From assembly GCA_021432655.1 (NCBI GenBank), contig MU271513.1, positions 1-51,228 on the forward strand: a stretch of 51,228 nt of DNA. The letters are read 5' to 3'. Origin of the DNA: Atractiella rhizophila (taxonomy: Eukaryota). The position numbers were made by a program, and so were the translations under genes. Positions within the stretch are counted from its first letter, which is position 1; every line of letters begins with the position of its first letter. Below, one piece after another: positions 34,904 to 44,220 of the stretch. Under the pieces are notes generated by a model. That model saw only the letters and a list, made by a program, of their open reading frames with translations. It searched no databases and had not been told where the DNA came from.

Positions 34904-37900
34904 TCAATCAACATACCTCCCATTCTCTTGTGCCGAGTTATAGCACCTCCAAATAGTGCTGTCTCCACCCTTTAACTCGTTGATGTCAACATCCCCTAAA
35001 GGGCATTCTGGATCGTCATGTACAATCACAACCGTTCTACGATTCTCGGTTCTTGCATCCGATGATGCCCCGTCTAGCCTGCTGCTGCTAGGTCTGGCGT
35101 CCAATGATCTCCTTCTTGCCAAAGAGCTTGGTTGGAGCTTTGCCAATTCCTCCATTGAAAGGAGAGGGGGACTACGGAGGACAGTGACAGATGCCTGATC
35201 GAAAGTTTTTGAATGCGATAAAGGAGGCACAACAGGTACCGCGTCTGCAACGGAATTGACACTAGATTTGCCAGAATTTTTATGGAATAGACTTCTAATC
35301 ATCGTTCTGAAACCAGATCGTTTCCTCGAATGCGACGGGGTCGAAGTTGTCGTTGCCTCACTAGTCGAGACTGTTCTCTTCCTAGAATTATGATTTTGCA
35401 ATATGTAGACGCGAGATGGGCTTCGGTCTCTGGCTGAAGGACGCGAAGTAGGGATCGAGATGGAAGGCGGCGAAATGCTGTCGGGAGAATGAATCGAGAC
35501 GCCAGAGGAGGCAGTTGGCCTCTGGGAGTGTCCGCTGGCGCTCAGGTTGTTCCCTCGTCTCTCATGCCTCTCTTCGAGCACGCCGGCAGGATCCAAGGGT
35601 TTTGCATTCGCTATCATTGCTACCATGTCGGGATTTTGAGGTCCATTGGGAGTGAGCTCTGATGTTTCTCCATTCTGGCACTTGACGGGTGTAGGATTGG
35701 GAGGCGGGGGAACAGGGAACGAGTCGCCTTGATGAAGTGGGATTCGATCGTTTGTTGGTGTTCCAGCGAGATCCAGGAAACTTGGCTGGCTGTCGAGATG
35801 CGTCGCTGAGGGAGGGAGTGGTATGAGCACCGGCGCAGGGATGCGTTCAGCGGGGCTCTTCGGGGTACGAGGACGTAGAGGTTTAGAAGGTAAGGTTACA
35901 TCTATTCTTCCAATGCTCGGGGTCTGCGTCACCACCGCACTTTCGAGAAGAGTTTGCTTCAGCGCCACCATATCCTCTGAAACCTCAGGAGGTCTCCTTC
36001 TCAGCAGAGGAGAGTCGGGTAATTCTTCGATGGGCGTAGTTGCGTTCTCTTCTGGAGCAGACTCTGTAGCGTCCTTAGGTTCGCAATGGCTACACTCGTC
36101 CTCCGGATGTGAAACAGGGAACTGCAGGTGATTCTCCTCCTCTTCGTCCAGGCGAAGCTCCTTTCCATTCACTTGAGTTTCAGAATACTGAGACGACGAA
36201 ATCTTCTCCTGCTCCATGGCATTCTCAACAGACCCGCTCTCTCCTTCCTGGAATCCCGGCGTCTTCTCGAGTTCTCTGTCTGGTGTTGCTCCCAGGTTGA
36301 CATGATTGGTTTCGTGCTCGACTGAAAGATGCGGCATCGCATTCTCGTTAAGGTATCGATTGGAATCTGCTTCTGGAAGATCTGTATCTGACAACGTGCG
36401 CGTGATCTCCTCTGGAGGGTCGTTAAACCAATGTTCATCCTCCTCTTCGTCTTTTCTCTCCTGCATCCCAAGCAACAGAAAATAAGCAAATGAATAGAAA
36501 GGCAGGACAAAACCAACCTTCCAATCTTCCTCCCAGCCCGCTCTCCTCCTGTGCTTAGCCAGCCTAAAAGGCGTCCTCTGCGCCTCGATCTTCCTCACAA
36601 ATCTCCTTCTGCGATCATGGTACCTCTCGCTCCTCTCTCCCGTGGCGAAAAAGCACAAGCGCATCTGCCTCATCTCTTCCTCAACGAACGGTTCCAGCTC
36701 CTCCTCCCTGTCCTTAGGATCTAGCTCTCTAGCGGCAAGGACCATATCTTCCAGACTCGCCAGGCGCGTTCGATCCCGCGTCGCCCATGGCGCGCATCCG
36801 GTCCTGCCTCCTCCTTCGGAAATTAAGGTGCGGATGCGAATCCACATCTCCTCCTCTCCAGCGCTGAGGACGAGATCAACCAACCCTAGCTGTTCCGCCT
36901 CACGCGCTCCCATCGGCTTACATCCCACACACACCTTCTTGCTCACCTCTCCCCCCATTCGCCCCCGATAACTGAAGGTATGGTACTCGCTCCCGTACAA
37001 CCCCATAGACCTGTAGCTTGGATTCAAAACTACACTGTTCTCCATCCATACCATCGAACACGCAGCCGCCAGAGCCACTCCTCCAGCCGAGGCATTCCCA
37101 CGCAAGTGGGCCAGGGTGGGCAGCCGGAGGCAGAGTACGGAGAGTACGAGATCGTTGATGGCGTTTATGTTGGAGAGAGAGGCATCCGCTGGTGAGCTGG
37201 CGGATTCTATGATTCCAAGATGGATTCCGTTCGAGAAGTACATCTTGGACCCTTGGAGAACCACCAGCTTGGCTCGTGGGAAGCTGTTCCAACATCCACA
37301 TGAGCTTTATGTTATTTTATGGAACAAGGAGTTACGTTACCGTTCAGGTGTGATGCTCTGGATCAGGTCTCTCAATCTTTGGCAATGTTCGGTGGAGAAA
37401 GCGCCATTATAGACATCCCAACCGACGACAATGACCTCTCCCTCCTCCTTTTCCTCGATCAAAAACTCCTGATAAGTCCCCACCCTCCTCTCCGCTCCCC
37501 TCAACTCGATCTCCCTCACTCCATCCATCTTCCCCGGTGCCCTCCTCTCCAAAACACCAACAACAGGCAGCTTCGGATTCGTACCCTCCCTCGTGTCTGC
37601 CTTCGCCTTCGGTACCCTCGCATGAGAGATCCACACCGCACCCTCCCTACACCTGAGCAACACCGCTCCTCCCCTTTTCCCGACAATCTCTCCCGGCGCC
37701 GTGTTTCTCACCATCCCTTCGAAAGAGGACGGCGAGGCTTCGACAATACCACCGTAGAGGAACAGGGCGGGACCTAGCGCCTTGCTCAAGACTCCAGGTT
37801 GGGAGTCGGATGCGCGAAGCTTGCGGGAGACGGAGGAGGCGGTCTCTATGACAGGGTTGAAGTCCCTTTCTGCCGGTTTGAGGAGGGGACGGCTGCGCAT

Positions 37901-39019
37901 GGGTCCGTTTCCTGATCGTGGACCGGAGGAGAATGAAAAAGAGAAGCTGGAGGGACGGAGGGGAGGTGTGGAGAGGTGCGGAGAGAGAGGGAGAGAGGTG
38001 GAGAGGGAGAGAGCGCTGGAGAGGGCTCTATGGATGGATTGGATCGAATGAGGGGTGATGTAGTGCCGATAGAGAGAGGATTTGGTCTCAGTCTCGAAGG
38101 TAAGCAGGGCGAACTCGGAAGTCGCCCAGACAGGACCTGCATCAAACTGTCCCTTTAGTCAGTACGTGTACTTATCGAAGGCTGTTCGTTGAAGAGTTCT
38201 ATTTCCCACGAAGAGACGAAAGAAAGAGGGATTGAAGACACACCTCTTGGGCGGCCTGAAAGACAGTGACTCCCCACCACTTCCTGTGCTCTTTCTTTCC
38301 ATCACTCGCCAGATGGGACAATGCTCTCATAGGATCCTCAATCTCTCCGTCGTCGCCCATGAGTAGCCAATCGAGGGAGGAAGGACCAGCATCACCAGGT
38401 GGACCGGGCTATTCACATTATCATTGGTCAGTTACGACGTAATATGAATGAACAGGGCCTGAATGAAGAAAAAAGGGATGAAACTCACATGCAGGACGAG
38501 GACGAGATGATTCTCCCAGATGACCTTGGGAACTCTCCTGGTTAAGAATGGAGCGAGTATGACGTCTGGCCTAGCGAGTTCGACGGCCTCTATCATCCTC
38601 TCTTCGCTCGTCCCAATCTCAACCGTCACCTGAGGACGGAGGGTTGTGTTCCCTACAACTTTTCCTCCCTCAAGTTCGTTGCTTTCATCTGCTCCTGCTC
38701 TTCCGCTGACGGGAGGAAGGGAAGGTTGGACGGGCGGTTGGAGCGAGGGAGGGAGAGAAGTGGAGGTGACTGAGCGAGAGAGGGGAAGGGAGAGTCCGAC
38801 GGTGGAAGTAGAGCGGGAGTGGGAGAGACGGAGCGATTGGCGGCGCGCATCTGCGAAGAATATTTTCGAGTTTCGCTGTGGCGTCGGTGGCGATGGAGAC
38901 GGTGGTGAGGTCGATGTTGGGAGGCTGAAGAGGGAGTTCTGGAGGTGGATGTGGAGGGACTGGGCGAGGGAGTTGTATGCTGTGACGAGCATGAGGATCT
39001 TGAGAGGTGCTTCCTCCAT
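34904..39019 (-). CDS. hypX: HypX/HoxX-like protein: N10-formyl-THF formyltransferase domain fused to an enoyl-CoA hydratase/crotonase domain, with a long disordered C-terminus; multi-exon
   Basis: KILMLVTAYNSLAQ, PDVILAPFL, VLHPGPPGDAGPSSLDW, WGVTVFQA, FDAGPVWA, KSSLYR, LRASDSQPGVLS, GAVWISH, YNGAFSTEHCQRL, FSNGIHLG, NINAINDLV, GNASAGGVALA and LNPSYRSMGLYGSEY. This is the characteristic HypX/HoxX motif series. Confidence 0.88.
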
Positions 39020-40491
39020 GTCGGTATCCCTCTACCACTATTCGAAATGACTGTTCGAATGATTATTCTAGTGAGATTGCCCGATGGAGGGAAGGAAATG
39101 GAGAGGAAACGAGAGAGGCTTAAATATGAAGGCTACGTTCCCAGCATCCCGCTTTCCACTCTTTCGGTGAGGAGCCATGAGAAAAGGGGTTCATGGAACT
39201 CGACTAAATCATGAAGCATGAAATGGATACTCCAACTTGCTCCAACTGACTCCAAAGCTAAAGCATAAAGCATAAACAGCAGGTAAAGCCATCCTAACCT
39301 ACCATCTTGAAGCCGCGATATCAGCATGGATGCATAATGCTGGTGGATGTCTATCAGGATACTACTCTAGCAGTTGTCATTTTTGGAACACTGTTGTCAC
39401 CTGCCATCACTCTCCTGCCCATTGCGCTTCTTAAGCCTGGAGGCGACGCATCTTTAGGATGTGGGATGATATTAAATACTGAATGAACAAGGGCTTTCTG
39501 GAATGGAACTGGCCTTGTCTGCATCCATCGACGAACACTCTGCATCTCTCATCTCTCTCTCCCCTCTCACGCTGTCAGGGAGAGCAACCTGGTTCCTGGA
39601 TTTTGCGCGTCGAGTGTCAAGTGCCAGCAGTTGGTTGCTGCTACACGATCGGTCGAAGAAAGTCTCGTATGTGATCTTTATTGACTCTTGCCTTCTCGAC
39701 GATGAGATGAGAGATGTGTTCTCTCTTGCCAATTCGATATTCGAGTTGTGCAGCCTTCATATCTCCATTGTCTCAAACTCAAACACATATCGACAACTGC
39801 AATTCTTAGGCAAGAGATCTTGGTTCATCGTGACATCTTTCTTGTTCCTAGCGTTCGTTCCTCAGTCTTGCAATTTGACAAATGGTTCAAGTTGTCCTAA
39901 GTTGACCTCCCTTCTTATCCTTGCGTCCTCACGTTCGTAAGGATGTTCTTCCATGCGTGTGGATCTTTGGATTGGAATGCTGCTCTACTGTATTCCTTGT
40001 TTCTTCTTCCTCTTCTTCAGAGTCAGTTTCACGTATCCTTTCGCCGCTCTGCCTCCTCGTAGCTCTAGTCCAGATCTGACCTATTTCCTCAGTTTCGTAT
40101 CTCACGTTCATAACCGATTTCATCTCGATCTCTAGGCGATGGACGCCTCAGCCTTCGGAAAGACGCCTAAGCCTTCTTCATTAAATCCCAGCGACAATGA
40201 AGATCCTGGGAATTTATCTGATGACGACAACGAATTCACCGCCGGTTCGCGACAAGTTCCACCGTCTAATGAAGGCGTCGGAGTTCAAAATCTTTCAGTA
40301 CTGCAGCTGTACTGTCAACCCAGCCGTTTCTTGACCACCAAACCGACAATTTTTGGCCCACAGTTTGGCTTCCTATCGCGTACCGCATCGCCGGTTGCCC
40401 CCAGAACTGCTACTCCAACACCTTTCTCATCCCCACCTACTCCCAAGCTCAAGCCGTCAAGATTTTCCAAGTCCCCGAGAATGTCAAGAAG

Positions 40492-43400
40492 ATGAACCCA
40501 CAAGGCGTCCGAATCCTCGCTATTGACAACGGCGGCATCTGTACCTTTTCCACGCTTTACATGCTCGAAGTCATCATGCTCCAAGTTGGAGATCTCCTCG
40601 CCGTTCCTGAAGGAGAAGAGGTTCGACCCTGCGATGTTTTCGATCTCATCTGTGGCACTTCTACGGGAGGATGGATTGCCCTCATGCTCGGACGATTGGG
40701 AATGACCGTTCGAGAATGCATCCGTGCGTACGAACAGATCGTGCAGCAAGTCTTCTCCGAAGAAACTCCAATCTCAAAAGGAGGCTGCGTGTACTCTGCG
40801 GAGAGGCTCGAAGCCGTCTTCCACGACATCATTGCTCGACATCCTTCATCATCTGTGCCGTCGTCCCATCTTCCTATGAAGGATGACAAGATCGCAGATC
40901 GATGCAGAACTTTCGTTGTCTCAAGATATGAATCAGACGCCGTCGTTGCGACAGAGATGCGCACTTACGACGTCCGCCATGCAGCTCGCTTTGCTGCTCA
41001 ATGTGCAGTGTGGGAGGCAGCAAGAGCAACTTCCTCTGATCCTGACTTCTTCCCTCCTATCGTCATTGACGAAACGAAATATGTCGCCATGGGAAACAAT
41101 AACCCCGCAGCATTAGCGATTGACGAGTCAAAGAGGATTTGGGGAGAAAGAAGCCAAGTTGCCTGTCTTGTATCTTTGGGGTCAGGCCTTGCTCAGGCTG
41201 TCTCATTGGGCCATACGATGGCTCAGATTGAGCGGGCTGTGAAGGCCATCGTCGAGGATTGCTCCCGCGTGGCAAATCAGGTGAAAATGATGATGCAAGA
41301 ACGCCGTCTGGGTCATCGCTACCACCGCTTTTCCGTCCATACAGTGGGAGGCATCAAGTGGGAAGAGTGGGAGCAAACTCAAGTCGTGGTCGGTCGTACG
41401 AAGGCATATATGGACGCGATGGGTCATGAAGCTCGTCATGCTGCTGACCATCTCGTACAAGGTATGATCTCTCACCTCCCGTTTTGTTACTGTGCTGATG
41501 TTCTGATAGTGTGCAGTGAACGTATTGCAGTTCGTCGAAGGTTTCCGTTACCGCCTCCAGGATCTTGCTTTGGGCGAGAGGCCGAAATCCAACTTGCGAG
41601 AGAGGCTATCCTTAGCGGCCGTCACGTCGCGATTGTCGGTGGATCTGGAAATGGAAAGTCCACTGTTGCACTCAACACATTGCACACAGAGGAGATCAAG
41701 CAGGCCTTCGCAGGCACTCGAGAAGATCTCCGCTTTTGGGTTCGCTGTGACAACTTTGACAACTTTGCCGGGCTTTCAGATCACATTTGCAATGATATCT
41801 TCGCGCTGTCTCAGTCTAGCAAGACCTCACTGGAGAATGTGGCCACCTACTTTGGAAGTCGAAAATGTCTTCTTGTTCTGGATAACTTTGAAACTCCTCT
41901 ACGTGCTGACAACGACAAGAAAGGAGACTTCTTCCGAACACTTCTTTCAAACAACTCAGGCGGGTCGGTGCTCGTCGTGGCCCATCGGGGAGATCAAGCA
42001 GAGTCTTTAGGTGTGAAGAAGCTCGCACCTATGGAGGAGCAGGCGTGGGTGAAGTTTGTCAAGGTCTCAGTTGGAAGTTTGCCGAAAGCCGGTGCACTGG
42101 AACTGTTTGCAGATTCTTATCAGCGAGAAGATGAGTTCTCACATCAGCTGGTCAGAAGCCTAGTTCAACAGCTGGACTTCCATGCTTTATCCATCAAGCT
42201 ATTTGCTCTACGGGCCAACGAGGATCCAACCATGACACTCGAGGAATTGGTAGGCGAGTGGCAAGAGAAAAAGACTAGCATTTTATGGGATGAGGATAGC
42301 AAAGACACTATAACCCTCAAAACCTCCATATCGTTCTCCCTCGATTCTCCAGTTCTGTGCAAGCATGGGAAGGGCGGTTTTTTTGCGCTTGCCCTCCTGT
42401 CGTGGGTGCCTGACGGTTTATCCTACCACGATTTGTCAACACTCCTATCCAGTTCTTATGAGCATAAGGATATCTTCAAGGTTGTCGGTGTAATTTCGAA
42501 GATTGGGCTTGCCAATGGTCTCAAAGACACTCTCCGTATGCTAGCTCCTATTCGTGAATACCTCAACAACCGTGTCTCCCATTCCGAATCACCATTTTCA
42601 ATACCTCTTGCTTCCTCATTGCTGCCTCTTTCATACCACCTCATGCAGAAAGCTGAGACAAATATTCAACAGTTTGAGATCCACAAGGATCAACACGCAC
42701 TGTTTCAATTCCGTAAACAATACCCAAACCTTGAACATGTCCTGCTGAGGAGCATGTTATGCCTGTCAAACCCTTTACCAATCCTGCAGCATTTGGAGAA
42801 GACATCGGAGTTTCTACGCTTGAAACATCGGCTCTCAACTTCACTGTTTCAACGGGCGACGCATGTTGTGAACATGGCACTGGGAATGCCCCTGTTTCCG
42901 GGTCACAGAGAGTCTGAATGGTTAAGACTAAGTTGTTCGCTGACAAGGTCCCTCGGCCATTGCTTTTATGCCCATGGCAAGAATGAGGATGCTCTGAAGG
43001 CATTTGAAGAGGCAAAGGTGCTCTACATGGAAGTGGGAGATCGACAGGGTCAAGCCAACTGTGTCTGCAGCATCGGGGAGATCGATTTTCAATGTGGGCG
43101 CAATGAGGATGCTCTGAAGGCATTTGAAGAGGCAAAGATGCTCTACATGGAAGTAGGAGATCGACAGGGTCAAGCCAACTGCGTCCGCAGCATCGGGGAG
43201 ATCGATTTTCGATGTGGGCACAATGAGGATGCTCTGAAGGCATTTGAAGAGGCAAAGGTGCTCTACATGGAAGTAGGAGATCGACAGGGTCAAGCCAACT
43301 GCGTCTGCAACATCGGGGAGATCGATTTTCGATGTGGGCGCAATGAGGATGCTCTGAAGGCGTTTGAAGAGGCAAAGATGCTCTACATGGAAGTGGGAGA

Positions 43401-44220
43401 TCGACAGGGTCAAGCCAACTGCGTCTGCAACATCGGGGAGATCGATTTTCGATGTGGGCGCAATGAGGATGCTCTGAAGGCGTTTGAAGAGGCAAAGGTG
43501 CTCTACATGGAAGTAGGATCTCGACAGGGTCAAGCCAACTGTGTCCGCAACATGGGGGGGATCGATTTTCGATGTGGGCGGAATGAGGATGCTCTGAAGG
43601 CATTTGAAGAGGCAAAGGTGCTCTACATGGAAGTGGGAGATCGACAGGGTCAAGCTCACTGTGTCCGCAACATGGGGGGGATCGATTTTCGATGTGGGCG
43701 CAATGAGGATGCTCTGAAGGCATTTGAAGAGGCAAAGGTGCTCTACATGGAAGTGGGAGATCGACAGGGTCAAGCCAACTGCGTCTGCAGCATGGGGGAG
43801 ATCAATTTTCACTGTGGGTGGAATGATGATGCTCTGAAGGCGTTCGAAGAGGCAAAGGTGCTCTACATGGAAGTGGGAGATCGACAGGGTCAAGCTCACT
43901 GTGTCCGCAACATGGGGCGGATCGATTTTCGATGTGGGCACAATGAGGATGCTCTGAAGGCATTTGAAGAGGCAAAGGTGCTCTACATGGAAGTGGGACA
44001 TCGACTGGGTCAAGCCAACTGCATCCGCAACATCGGGGAGATCGATTTTCAATGTGGGCGGAATGACGATGCTCTACAGGCGTTTGAAGAGGCAAAGCGG
44101 CTTTACATGGAAGTAGGTGATGTATATGGTGAAGCACATTGCTGCGGTTCAATAGCTGGTGTTCTGCAACGTGCAATTCATAGAAGGTCACCGCCAGCAA
44201 GTGGTGCTGCAGGTGTGTAG
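40492..44220 (+). CDS. Fungal NLR-like protein: patatin-like domain + STAND P-loop NTPase (NB-ARC/NACHT-like) + highly conserved TPR repeats
   Basis: RILAIDNGG, PCDVFDLICGTSTGG, VWEAARATS and NNP for the patatin domain. Walker A GGSGNGKST and Walker B LLVLDNFE. Ten 40-aa TPR units. A probable in-frame intron near 41462-41515. The start may extend to ATG 40139 via an intron at about 40245-40306. Confidence 0.88.
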   Translation: MNPQGVRILAIDNGGICTFSTLYMLEVIMLQVGDLLAVPEGEEVRPCDVFDLICGTSTGGWIALMLGRLGMTVRECIRAYEQIVQQVFSEETPISKGGCVYSAERLEAVFHDIIARHPSSSVPSSHLPMKDDKIADRCRTFVVSRYESDAVVATEMRTYDVRHAARFAAQCAVWEAARATSSDPDFFPPIVIDETKYVAMGNNNPAALAIDESKRIWGERSQVACLVSLGSGLAQAVSLGHTMAQIERAVKAIVEDCSRVANQVKMMMQERRLGHRYHRFSVHTVGGIKWEEWEQTQVVVGRTKAYMDAMGHEARHAADHLVQGMISHLPFCYCADVLIVCSERIAVRRRFPLPPPGSCFGREAEIQLAREAILSGRHVAIVGGSGNGKSTVALNTLHTEEIKQAFAGTREDLRFWVRCDNFDNFAGLSDHICNDIFALSQSSKTSLENVATYFGSRKCLLVLDNFETPLRADNDKKGDFFRTLLSNNSGGSVLVVAHRGDQAESLGVKKLAPMEEQAWVKFVKVSVGSLPKAGALELFADSYQREDEFSHQLVRSLVQQLDFHALSIKLFALRANEDPTMTLEELVGEWQEKKTSILWDEDSKDTITLKTSISFSLDSPVLCKHGKGGFFALALLSWVPDGLSYHDLSTLLSSSYEHKDIFKVVGVISKIGLANGLKDTLRMLAPIREYLNNRVSHSESPFSIPLASSLLPLSYHLMQKAETNIQQFEIHKDQHALFQFRKQYPNLEHVLLRSMLCLSNPLPILQHLEKTSEFLRLKHRLSTSLFQRATHVVNMALGMPLFPGHRESEWLRLSCSLTRSLGHCFYAHGKNEDALKAFEEAKVLYMEVGDRQGQANCVCSIGEIDFQCGRNEDALKAFEEAKMLYMEVGDRQGQANCVRSIGEIDFRCGHNEDALKAFEEAKVLYMEVGDRQGQANCVCNIGEIDFRCGRNEDALKAFEEAKMLYMEVGDRQGQANCVCNIGEIDFRCGRNEDALKAFEEAKVLYMEVGSRQGQANCVRNMGGIDFRCGRNEDALKAFEEAKVLYMEVGDRQGQAHCVRNMGGIDFRCGRNEDALKAFEEAKVLYMEVGDRQGQANCVCSMGEINFHCGWNDDALKAFEEAKVLYMEVGDRQGQAHCVRNMGRIDFRCGHNEDALKAFEEAKVLYMEVGHRLGQANCIRNIGEIDFQCGRNDDALQAFEEAKRLYMEVGDVYGEAHCCGSIAGVLQRAIHRRSPPASGAAGV
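42982..44160 (+). repeat. 120-bp tandem array (9 near-identical units + 1 diverged) encoding TPR repeats
   Basis: Units begin at 42982, 43102 ... 44062. The consensus is NEDALKAFEEAKVLYMEVGDRQGQANCVRNIGEIDFRCGR. Confidence 0.95.

Noticed and set aside
8400..39019. A functional light/CO2/CO-sensing cluster (carbonic anhydrase, WC-1, HypX-like)
   Set aside because: The genes are spread over 30 kb among unrelated genes with no shared regulatory signal visible. Proximity alone is not evidence without conserved synteny or co-expression.
42982..44160. CRISPR-like array
   Set aside because: The units are contiguous coding repeats with no unique spacers, in a eukaryotic gene.
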